A stretch of 64,000 nt of DNA, taken from positions 67,580,001 to 67,644,000 of the forward strand of contig OZ296657.1 of the NCBI GenBank assembly GCA_965655095.1. Reading direction: 5' to 3'. The position numbers and the translations under genes were made by a program. The notes beneath the pieces were generated by a model that searched no databases, was not told where the DNA came from, and worked only from the letters and a program-made list of their open reading frames with translations. Source of the DNA: Haplodiscus bocki. Its lineage: Eukaryota. The number at the start of each line of letters is the position of its first letter. Positions within the stretch are counted from its first letter, which is position 1. Shown here piece after piece: positions 47,950-58,455 of the stretch.

Positions 47950-48170
47950 GTAACAGTTCACATGAACCGTAACAGTTACATGAATCGTAACAGTGACATG
48001 AAATGTATCAGTTACATGAATCGTAACAGTTACATGAACCGTAACAGTTCACATGAATCGTAACAGTTACATGAATCGTAACGGTTACATGAAACGTAAT
48101 AGTTTGCATGAATCGTAACAGTTACATGAAACCTAATAGTTTACACGAAACCTAAGAGTTCTATGATCTG
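47950..48170. repeat. Tandem array, ~12 copies of an 18-19 bp unit GTAACAGTTACATGAATC
   Basis: Directly visible. The core GTAAC-N-GTTAC is palindromic and the array decays at its right end. Confidence 0.95.
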
Positions 48171-48236
48171 GGTTCCAGGTTGAATTTTAATTTATTATTA
48201 CTGAAAAAGTTTAATTTCATTTTTATGTTCATTTTT

Positions 48237-48773
48237 TTATGAAAAAGATTCATGTTTTGTTTCATCAACATACTTAGTAAAAAGATTACATAGAGGATCA
48301 TATTCTTTTTTATCAAATACATTATCTTGTAATAATATTCTGTTTAATTTATTGAAAGATTTTATAGTGTGTTGATGATTTTCATTTTGCTTTTTATATT
48401 TAGTATATTTTTGCAGAATTTTTTCATATATCACTTTTTTACCAATTGATAATGCTGAAGCTGATGCTGTCGATATTGGTATCACTAATAAACCGATACC
48501 TGTTAGAGACAGTGTACAAGAAGTGGATGTTGTGGCGATAATAACAAAAGTATAGATTGATTTTAATATTGTAGTCAAGGCTTTATATGTTTTGTAATTT
48601 CTTTTTGATTTGTTATTTTTATCCTTAAAGCATGTAATCATTTCTTTTATGCTAGTATTCAAGTTGTTGAAGCTGTTCATATCATTTAATTTTTTTTCTA
48701 ATCTCTGTTCCAAATCTTGGTCGGATTTCTTTAAAGGTGCAGATGGGTATAACTTTTCTGTCTTTTGTTCCGT
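48237..48773 (-). CDS. Membrane protein of M2 with N-terminal LYPSAPL motif (start codon probably mutated to ACG)
   Basis: The frame extends upstream of the listed ORF: (acg)EQKTEKLYPSAPLKKSDQDLEQRL. It has a coiled-coil-like segment, then hydrophobic IYTFVIIATT...LTGIGLLVIPI. Confidence 0.6.
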   Translation of the reverse strand, partial: TEQKTEKLYPSAPLKKSDQDLEQRLEKKLNDMNSFNNLNTSIKEMITCFKDKNNKSKRNYKTYKALTTILKSIYTFVIIATTSTSCTLSLTGIGLLVIPISTASASALSIGKKVIYEKILQKYTKYKKQNENHQHTIKSFNKLNRILLQDNVFDKKEYDPLCNLFTKYVDETKHESFS

Positions 48774-48787
48774 TTATATGGTATAAA

Positions 48788-49210
48788 CTATATAAAGTTT
48801 CCAAGGTAAAGGCCGGATCCTGTCCGGTAAAAATTGACTACCTCAGCTAATGTTGATAATACTTTTTTGGGGTTTCTGATCGCAGCTGCTGTAGCAAGGT
48901 TTGTTGTAATATCCAACGCTCTACCTGGGTTTTTTAATACATTATTTGCGTTTGCGAACTTTTTTGACACATTTAATCCTTTTATATCTAGTTTCTTGAA
49001 AAAATCACAATGATTTTCAACTTGTATTGTCTTATCACTAACAGTCTTTCCACTTTTTCTTTTGCATTCAAAACAACGACCAATTAATAATTTAATCTCT
49101 TTACAAGTTTTTTGGTTAATTGTAATATCACCAACAATGTTTATTGTAGAACTGTGATGTCTACCGCCAATGCAATAACTTTTAGTTTTAAATTTTTGAA
49201 AGTTCATTAA
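48788..49210 (-). CDS. Zn-ribbon-like plus amphipathic core/membrane-lytic protein (M2)
   Basis: SYCIGGRH...GRCFECKRK; DFFKKL..KGLNVSKK..NVLKNPGRAL; terminal TGSGLYL, which resembles adenain cleavage contexts. Confidence 0.5.
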   Translation of the reverse strand, partial: LMNFQKFKTKSYCIGGRHHSSTINIVGDITINQKTCKEIKLLIGRCFECKRKSGKTVSDKTIQVENHCDFFKKLDIKGLNVSKKFANANNVLKNPGRALDITTNLATAAAIRNPKKVLSTLAEVVNFYRTGSGLYLGNFI

Positions 49211-49419
49211 TATGTCATTAATTAACAAAGAAAAATGGAGTTGTATACATAGAATAAATATTTTTACAATCTTGTTGTTATAAAATAGTATTTGTACAAG
49301 TATAATCATATTTGTATTATTATTTGTATTTTAATAGATGTAATTTCACCTCGTCTTCCAATGGAGTTCACAAATCACAGTAAAATTGTGCTAACTATAC
49401 TTTTAAACAAAATGAAGTT

Positions 49420-50530
49420 CCTATTCAAATTTTGAATAATTGTGAAGTAAAAGTAACCGATTCTTGATTAATATTGACTTCTTGGTTAATATCATCTTCT
49501 AAAAAGATTGTTATAATATTCAAAACAGATCTATTAACCTTCTTAAAAAAATTGTTTCAGCCTTGCAAAAAAATTAATAACCTGCTGGTTTATCTAAAAC
49601 AAAATTGAGAAGTATTGGTTGTCTTAAACCATTCACAACACTGCCATCGTTGACATCGCTTTTTAAATGGATCTCATTTGTGCTACTTAATTTTATAATT
49701 TGTTGACTAGTGTATTCAATATATTGTTCATAATCCCAACCATGGTTGCAACCAGGGATAGTACCAAAAATGACTTTTCATCAAATTTTATGGCTATAAT
49801 TCCAGGTCTTACAACTAATTTAGTTTTCACGGTAATATCAGCCAATTCAATATCAATTGAGTTGATCTTCATCCTTCATATTCAGGTTGAAGAATCCTTA
49901 AAAGAGCCTCAAAAAGATCTTTGAAAGTGTAAATACATGGTTCCAATTAATAAGTGATGAAACTTGAACTACAATCATGTAAAACCAATCTAATATCGTC
50001 TTCAACCAGATCAGTTTGTGTTCTGAGAAAAGTTTGGAAATCTTGGAAGTTAGAACTAATACAAATTGCTAAACTTTTCATATATTTGTCATCTTTATAT
50101 CTTTTTGTTACTTGTTTTCTATATTCATCAAGAAAAGTTGGACCTAATCTTTCATCTTGTAAATCGGTAGCTGAAGTATCTGAAGTTTCTAAGTCTTTTT
50201 CAATTTCATCTCTGACTTTTTCTTATGAAACTTCACCACTCTTCTGATCAGGAAACGTGTAAAGTTCGAATTTGTTATTTTCTTCTAGATTGATAAAAAA
50301 TAATTGTATACTTCTAAACTTGTCAATCCGACCATCCAAGATACATCAATTGGAATTGGAGGATTGAAAGGAAATGTTTCTCTTGCTTTTGTAATTTTAT
50401 ATTCTAACGTTTTTTTCAGGTTTGGTATGGGTTTGTTTAATAAGCGTTTCACAAAGGTTTTCAATAAGCTAAAAGGGGCTAATAGCATTTCTTCTGTTTC
50501 ATTTTTTGGTTTAATAATATTTGATTTCAT
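49420..50530 (-). pseudogene. Minor capsid (penton-like) copy 1 (M2)
   Basis: FPFNPPI...WMVGLTSLEVYN and C-terminal EIHLKSDVNDGSVVNGLRQPILLNFVLDKPAGY. Confidence 0.6.
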
Positions 50531-50559
50531 TTTTTTATTATATTTTCCGTGAAACTAAC

Positions 50560-51603
50560 AATTTCGTTATTAAAATCAACTGGTTTATGATCATCATTTT
50601 CTAAATAAAACGTTAAATGAGACAAAACAAAATTATTCACGTGTTTAGAAAGTTTGATTCCAAGTTTTTTTGAATATTTTATAACCAGGTGGTTGATCGA
50701 GATGAGAACTTTACAAAATTGGTTCTCGGATACCTTTTACTATGCCACCATTACCACAATCACGTTTTAAAGGAATTTAATCAATTCATGTAATGTTAAT
50801 GGGTGTATCGTTTTTATTTCACCCCGCAATCAATTGTTGAAATCCATCGATATCGTTTAAAGGATAAAAATGGGATTGAGTAAAACCTAAAATTGAGTAA
50901 AAAGAATATTTTTCAGTAACTATTAAAGTTTGATTGTTTTTGAAATGGATTTCAATCTAATATCACCAATAGTAAAACTTAATTTCACATTATCGGGTAG
51001 AATAAATTTTAAGGTTGTATCTAATACAGTTACTTCGCAAACGACTGGATTTAAGGAGTAACCAGTTCTTTTTTTGAGAATATCTTTTAGGTCTAATACA
51101 TCTATAATCTCATCATATGTTAGTTGCATTCTACAAACTGAACCTTCAAGGTCGTTGTATTTTTTATTTTTTGATTCTTGAAGTATCTCCTTTTTTTGGT
51201 ATCAACGTCTGATAATTTATGTGCACTGTCTCCTATTTCCAAATGATTTCCTCTTTTTCTAACCTCTTTTACATGTTTTTCTATGTCATTTTGAGACCTG
51301 AGCTCTAATATTTTATTAAGTGGTCAATAGTTTTTTTCAGCAGTTTTAAAATTCCAATGACCTGATAGAGTAATTGAAAAACTATTGCTTTTATCAGTTA
51401 TTTTGAAAACAGAGTTCATTGTTTCAAAACTCGTCACTGCTCTTAAACATTTTCGTCTTCAGAAAGATTAATGGGAGGACTATAAAAAAAGTTTGCATTT
51501 GCTTATTCATTTTGAATTCAAGCGTTTTTTGTGCTTTTGCTTTTGTTTGTTCAATTAACGTATCAGTATGTTTTTCTATTAAAAATAACAATTCTTTATC
51601 CAT
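50560..51603 (-). pseudogene. Minor capsid (penton-like) copy 2 (M2); may be two ORFs
   Basis: TLEFKMNKQMQTFFYSPPINL...AVTSFETMNSVF at the N-end and IPLKRDCGNGGIVKGIREPIL*SSHLDQPPGYKI at the C-end. Confidence 0.55.
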
Positions 51604-51889
51604 TTAAGAATCGGAATTTCCGATCCTCTTTTGACATCGTTAATCGTTTTTTTATTAATTTGTGAAACCTTTTTATTTTGTTTACTATTTTTTATTGAGT
51701 TTGATTCAATACCTTTCGCATTTGTTTGTTCACTTTGTGAATTTCTATCCTTGCTGATATATCTTGCACTGTTTTGGTTAGTTATTTTTCTTAAAGTCAT
51801 TTATTTTAAAGAAAACATCTGCAATATTTTATCAATTGTTGTTTTTCTCAACACCATTCATCTTACAGAAAACGTCAACGGTATTGTAC

Positions 51890-52290
51890 CATTTGATAGT
51901 AAAAATTCAAAACACTAGTTTTAAAATCTGTTCCTAGGACTTTTGTCAAGTAAAGTATATATAAACAATAACTAGCACAATAAGAATCTCTTTAACTTGT
52001 CAGACTTCGTATTTTCTATTCTGAGTATAAACACTATTTATTTCGTTTTATGATAAATTCAGATAGTTTTTGAGGAGGAGCACAATCATAACTATCAAAA
52101 TAATTTTCATTTATGTATACAACCCAATGTGTTCCTTTTGAAGGGTGTATATTAACAATTCCTATATCACTTGAAAATGGTCCATCTCCCAAATAGATTC
52201 GAAGATTGTCTACTCCAATAGAATTAGGTACTTGTTGTATTTTTATATTACTCATTTTTTTTAATTTTCAGACTGTTTTTATGAACAAAA
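51890..52290 (-). pseudogene. Adenain-like cysteine protease (M2)
   Basis: GIVNIHPSKGTHWVVYINENYFDSY..APP (catalytic H and D), then DSYCASYCLY (catalytic C) near 51985-51960. Confidence 0.8.
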
Positions 52291-53626
52291 TCTTTGAATA
52301 TCATTATCATTTACTTCCTCTAAATAAAGTAATAACTATTATATAATTTTAAGTATACCCTAGTATAAATACTCATATATTTGTATGTATCACAAATGTG
52401 AAGGATGTGTTGAACTACTCATATAGTTGAAAGAATACTATAGTATACGTACTCATATAAATGTTTGTGTCGCAAATGTCTTCTTCAACAAAGAAGGAAG
52501 AAGTTGACAAATTTTTTCATTGATGATTAAAATCTTTGAATGTCATAATTTACTTTCATGTCTAGTAGTATATAAAGAGTCTTTCAAAACATCATTACCT
52601 TTAGCATATTGATCAAACAATCCTTCATCATAAAGTATTTGTATAGTCGTTTTAATAGCTCTGGGAATTGAAATCTCATCTACAGATTATTTGTTGTATT
52701 GTAATTAATTTCGCTATAATTTTTTTATATTGATAAGTGACCATCTATTTTTGATAATTTTTCGTCTAGATAGGTTTTGTTTATAACATCTGAAATATCA
52801 GTATGTTCAAAATTTGTTTTCATTTTTTCATCCTCTTTAAAAATGTCATATACTTCGAGTTTTAATTAATTATTATTCATATCTTGTAATTTATCTCTTT
52901 TAGAAACAATGTTGTCAAATTCGCTCTCCCATATTTTGTTTAAGATATATATGCTATTATTTAACAAAGGTAAATGGGGTTGTAAACAAAAATGATAAAC
53001 AAAAAGATAATTTTTATGAAGTTGTTTCTATAAACAAATCGTTATCAAAACAAATCTTTTATTTAAAATTTTTAGTTCTATTACTTTTAATTTGAAGTGT
53101 ATTTGTGATTGTATAAAAAGATAAATACTTTGGAATTGTTTCTATAAACAAGTCTTTATCAGAGTGAAAAAATTTCAGTTTTTAATGTGTTTGTGATTAT
53201 TAAATGTTTTATTTAATCTATTCATAATCCAATCATTTTTTTTGCTTGCTATTTCTTTCAAAAGTAATCTATTCATCTCTTCAACAACTTTAGAATCTGG
53301 TATTCCTATTTTAACTTCTAAAAGTTGTATTTCGTTATCTTTTTGTTTTAGTTCCATATCCATATTGGATATTGTTTCACCCATAAAATTTATTGCTTCC
53401 TTAAAAGCTTTACTTTGAATTAAAGAATTTTGACCTATTTGAGATCTTGTCGAAAGTGATTCTTTGTTGTAATTCTTAACAGTTTGAGAAATTTCTTTTT
53501 AAATTAATATGTTTTTTTATAATTTCTATAAGGTCACCCATTTAATCAGACGAAAAAGCTTGTTGAATAAGATCTTTTCCACTAATATGATTATTACTAG
53601 GATCACCACCTTTTTATTTTGTTCTC

Positions 53627-53974
53627 TTATTTTAAAACTGGTTCGTCTGATGTCATTTTGAAGTCATTTGAGGTTGTTTTGAGGTAATTTGACGTCATCT
53701 CAATATGGTTTGAAGTCTTTTCCTTTATTGTGTTATTGTGTGATGATTGTACTATTCTATAGGGTGCATGCAAAGTTATTTCCCTCATATATCTTCGTAA
53801 GGTAGAGGTAGATATTGATAGTTCTTTAGCTATTTCAGATTGCTTTGATTTTGGGTTGGTAGACATGAGTTCCGTGACTTTAGCCATTTTATCTAACTTA
53901 TACTGTCTCATTATCAAATCTGCATTTAGATCACCGGTTTCTGCTGTTTGTTCTAAAGAAGAAGTAATATTCAT
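53627..53974 (-). CDS. Small helix-turn-helix protein (M2)
   Basis: KSKQSEIAKELSISTSTLRRYMRE is a classic HTH. It is followed by a 7-aa repeat tail (EMTSNYL KTTSNDF KMTSDE). Confidence 0.6.
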   Translation of the reverse strand: MNITSSLEQTAETGDLNADLIMRQYKLDKMAKVTELMSTNPKSKQSEIAKELSISTSTLRRYMREITLHAPYRIVQSSHNNTIKEKTSNHIEMTSNYLKTTSNDFKMTSDEPVLK

Positions 53975-54004
53975 CAGAAAAATAAAAGATTATGACAGAG
54001 AATC

Positions 54005-54560
54005 TAATTACGCGGATTACTATTGTGAAGTATGTGATAAATATATCAAACCTATGACTAAATTTAGACATTTTAAATCAAATATTCATAAAGAACTTGA
54101 TAAATGTGAACATATAATATTGAGTATTGAAATACCTAACATAGATGAGGTAGATAGTATATTATATTCATACAATACTGAACATAAAAAAAATTGATTG
54201 ATTTCTTATGAAATGCCTTTTTATATTATGTTTTAATGATTATCGATATTGTCCATATATTACGTCGGAATTGTCTGATATTATTACAATGTGTTATTGG
54301 TAAAAATTTTCAGAAAATGTAATTATTGATTTTAAAAATGAAGGTATAATTTCAATCACGTAGCAAAACTGAAAATTATAACAATTGCCCATAAAGTGGA
54401 TATGTCATATGATTTCTATATTAAACATAAAATGTGTGCTCTAAATTGAAATATAAACACTAAGATAAAAAAAATAAAAAATTTTTTTAAACTAGACCGT
54501 AGTAAACCACATCCCTTATTTCGAAATTTTGAACATGTGCCTATTTCAAACGAATAATAA
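54005..54560 (+). pseudogene. C2H2/matrin-type zinc-finger protein (M2), frameshifted
   Basis: YYCEVCDKYIKPMTKFRHFKSNIH; divergent from the HTH gene. Confidence 0.55.
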
Positions 54561-54855
54561 AGTCTATCAACAAAATATAAATTATTATCTGAAAGTACAA
54601 ATACCTATAATGCACCGGCAGTACTGTAAAAAACTATAACGAAATCCTGAATTTGTTACAACTCATTGTGATGATAGAAAAAATCCTTTTCATTTTGCAT
54701 GTCGTAAAGGGTATTAATATAAAAATCAACAATGTTAAAATAGTGCAATTACACGTATTCGAATACTAATAATATTATAATTGTTCTGATACTTGTACAA
54801 AAACGAATGAAAATATAATTATTCTTATACTTGTACAAACACTATTTTTGTCAAC

Positions 54856-55148
54856 TTCTCGAAGATTATATTAGATACAGGGTTGAAATTTTCAGGTAAA
54901 CTAACTTTTTATTGGGCTATCGAATGCTAAATCACACTTTTTTGTAGCATAAAACTTTATAATCTCTACATGTTTAAGCTAATTATCTACGGAAAAAAAC
55001 TTGTTAATTGGAGTTTCTGGTTTTTCTCGAAGATGGTAAAAGATACACGGTCGTAATTTTCATGGTGAACTAATTTCTTAATGAATTATCGAGTGATGTA
55101 TCACACATCAAGCTGGCTCAAAAATTTAAAATGTCTACATGTTTAAGC
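54856..55148. repeat. Diverged tandem duplication, ~168-bp period
   Basis: ttctcgaagat...agatac...aattttca...aactaa...tatcga...atcacac...tctacatgtttaagc at ~54856 and ~55024. Confidence 0.7.
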
Positions 55149-55621
55149 AACATTTATCATAATCAAACAATTTGATGCAATTTTATAATTTCACTTGTTG
55201 GAAAACTCAAACTCTCAAGGTAAACTTCACAAAAAAACCCTTAGGCTTGTGCATTGACATAACTATAGTAAACTCAAAGCCCATCGGGAGTCCGCTCCAC
55301 TAAAAGTTTCCACAGCAGGGATCATCCTTTTTAAGAACTGTGCATTTGGTGAGTATCCTTCTACGGCATGTAAGATATAACAGAAACTGGGGTTACGTAT
55401 GAAGTAGTGAACTCCAAACACTACGGCAATGCCTTAACTTCGCCAATGCTATATCCTCTAAGCAATAGGAGACAAATTAGAAAGAGAGAAACTAGCATAA
55501 ATATACATATTCTATTCTTTCGACATATTTGATTTCGGTGAATTTTTCAGTCTCGTGAATTATGTCGACATAACTGGAATTGGTGAATTTGTCAATCTCG
55601 TGTAATTGCTGTGGTACTGTG

Positions 55622-55746
55622 ATATAGGTGCGGATAATACCAGTCAAAGAATACGAGTATAAAATTGTAGTAGTCAAAGTCGGTATGGGGTTTAACTACT
55701 GTGATTTTTTACTGGTAACATCTGACTGGTATTATCCTCACCTATA
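55622..55746. mobile_element. MITE-like element with 25-bp terminal inverted repeats
   Basis: atataggtgcggataataccagtca versus tgactggtattatcctcacctatat (24/25 complementary), with TA at the ends. Confidence 0.7.
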
Positions 55747-56449
55747 TAATTAATGTCAATGAACATGAATCTTGCTTTCATTTTCCCAAACGAGAACGTT
55801 TAATCCCTCATAGCGTTTCTCTGACGTCGCCTTATCTCCTCCTGGAAATGATCAATGCAAATTGTCAAGAAGAAATTAGTATTTTCTAGAATCTTTCAAA
55901 TGTTTTCTTCATCATTGTATACTATCATTGCTCTTTTAACAAAAAAAACTTGGCCACAACACTCAGAAGACTCGATTACCGGCTTCTGGAGGTGTCTTTG
56001 ACGTTTCAGGAGTCTTTCCCCTTTGTTTCTTCAGAAAAACCTGCAAAATTGCTAGCGTAACCAAAATATCATCAAATCCAAAATGCAACGTTCTGATATC
56101 TGAGGGTTTCAGCGGTATTAACTTTTTCCTTGAGTTTGTTCTATTGTGTGCTTACACACTTTTGTTGGGTTTCTCCAGTGTTGCCCCATGTTTATTGTTC
56201 TCAAGAATTTCCAGAAAAAGTTGTTTTCTTTTTGGAATTTATATCATATTTTCTGTCTTCAAAATCGTACATCACCTCACCTCTATTATCAACGCATTCG
56301 ATTTACCTCTGACCTTGACGAAAAGACTTGATTGCAAACTTTCTAATGTATCTTTGAGAACGCAGACGTACTCGAATAAAAAACAACAATACGACCGGCT
56401 ACCACCGGCATATTTTCCGCGTTGTCATTTTGCTAGAGATGCCGCTTAA

Positions 56450-56740
56450 AAGGACAAAAGCGTTTTTTTTTTTTCAAAATAGTCTCTCTCATCATATTTT
56501 CTTTACATTCCGAAATTGAAATTTTTCGTAATTTTTGCCAAAAAACCTCAAAGTTAAGGTGGGAAAGACATTTTAAAAAAATAGTATCATTTGATACGCA
56601 TTCTACCGCAAATTTGTCACCTCTAGCGATTTTGAAAAATTTCAAGTTTTTTCGAAAAAAACCTCCTATTTTCCTCGAAAAAGCCCAGATTTTGAAATTT
56701 TTGAAACTTCTTACTATTTCAGTCCCATTCTCTGGAAAAT
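56450..56740 (+). repeat. Dispersed non-coding repeat, copy 2
   Basis: Same family as 13310-13620. Confidence 0.75.
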
Positions 56741-57677
56741 TTGCTGTACTTTGGTGATAAAAATTTTCAAGATCAGAACCGGACACTAGCGTCAGAAATC
56801 AGGTATTATCAATTGGCAAGTTAGCATCAAAAAAATCTGGGCTTTTCGATTGGATGATTTTCCTTCTATATTATAAATATGGGCGGAAAACGAAAACTTT
56901 CAACATCAACCGCAAATTTGGTTTTCCAAAACACTATATCTTGACACCTGCCTGCACATTGAATCTACTTTTATTGGACTGTTTTTTGAGCCTTACAGTA
57001 TTGACTTACTTCGAATTGAGAGTGTGATTCGTCAGTTGATCTCTTAAATTTTCAAAAAAGTTTCGCAATTTCCCTTAGTTTTATTTCCTTGGACGTTTGA
57101 TTTTTTTTTTGATTTTGCGGTGGGCTATTTGCCTTTTGCATCTAATAAATCTTTGAAAAAACTGTTTAAGGGTCACTGTTTTGTTCAAACAGTTGCACAG
57201 TAGTATAGACAAAAATATCGCAGTTCTACTGTCCTTCTTGTTGATTGTTTTATACTATATATAGAATTTTGAAAAGTAACTTAAAGAATCGCCAAAGAAA
57301 AATCGAATCACTGAGGAGTTTTTCTACTCTCCTTTCAAATTCCTCCACTGCTACTCTATCAAACGCAGCATGTAATAGATCTACGAGACGGGGGATCGAC
57401 GCAGCATCCACAAAAAAATTACAACTCCGAAAGAAAAGACAAGTTCAATAAAAAGGAGGCGCCGGGGGTAAGATGCGCTAAGAAACGCGGTTCTATCTTG
57501 ATTTTTCTTTTAAGGGGTGTCTAGTAGCTCTTGACTGTTGAATAAAATGTTCACTCATGAGAAACTATCTCAAAGTTAATTGAAACACACAAAGTAATAG
57601 ACCAATACAATCATGCTAACTAATATCTATCACTGATTAATAATTTTATTACTGGATATCAATTTGATACTGGATAA

Positions 57678-58455
57678 TGTTTTGAATAATATATTGTTCA
57701 CAGAACCAATAAACAAATCAGATCACAGGGGCTTACAAGAACAATAAGAATTCCCGAAGGAAAGAATTAGAAGGTACTCAACCAACGAATGATTGAGAAA
57801 GCAAAGAAGTTGTATTTTATTAGCTCGCCGCCAATCTCTAACGTTCTTGGAGTGAAGAAAAACGGTCCGGGACTGCTATTTGTAACTGATCCACGGTTGA
57901 TTCACCGCTGGGGCACCAAGAACTCTCTAACCCGTGTTTCACGGCGTCAAAGAAGAGCATATCAAAAGAATCTGGCGAAGTCCAACTTCCCAATTCTGTC
58001 AAGACAACTAACTATGATCCCGGATCACAGTCTCCAATCTAGAGTTAAAAAGTCCCTGACTCTCTAACGAGGGTTGATAAAGTAAATCTACAATCTTTAG
58101 TCCCGGACTCAAAGACTCGTACTTCATTCGTTGGCAGCAAAGAAGCAAACCGTTCTCTAGCTTTCAACTCACGTTGTGCGCCTAGCACTTCACTTTTTCG
58201 TCCGTCTTCGGGCGTATTTTCATCTAGTCATTCATTTTAGTCATTCGTTTTACTCGTTTCCAATAATATCACTTTTTGCTCCGTTCGTCATCTATTACTA
58301 ATGAAAAGTTCCGTTGTTAGCCACTTTTCTAGCTTTCCGTACCATTCAATTACTTTCGGCATTACTGTCAGTCATCCGGTTACTCGCATCCAATCTTTTC
58401 TAAAAATGACTTATCGAATATTCGCTGGTTACTACGTTTATTTCACTTCGTAACA
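57678..58455 (-). mobile_element. Probable solo LTR
   Basis: TGTT...AACA termini flanked by ATAA on both sides (57674-77 and 58456-59), with a minus-strand AATAAA near 57820. An alternative left end is 57695. Confidence 0.5.

Larger units (their letters stand above)
44350..54850. mobile_element. AT-rich Maverick/Polinton-like endogenous virus (M2), left part missing
   Basis: Integrase C-terminus (+) converges on a minus-strand block of MCP, ATPase, membrane protein, Zn-finger/core, two minor capsids and protease. HTH and C2H2 genes lie at the right. No pPolB in view. Confidence 0.8.

Noticed and set aside
47950-48170. CRISPR array
   Set aside because: The units are contiguous with no unique spacers, there are no cas genes, and the context is eukaryotic.
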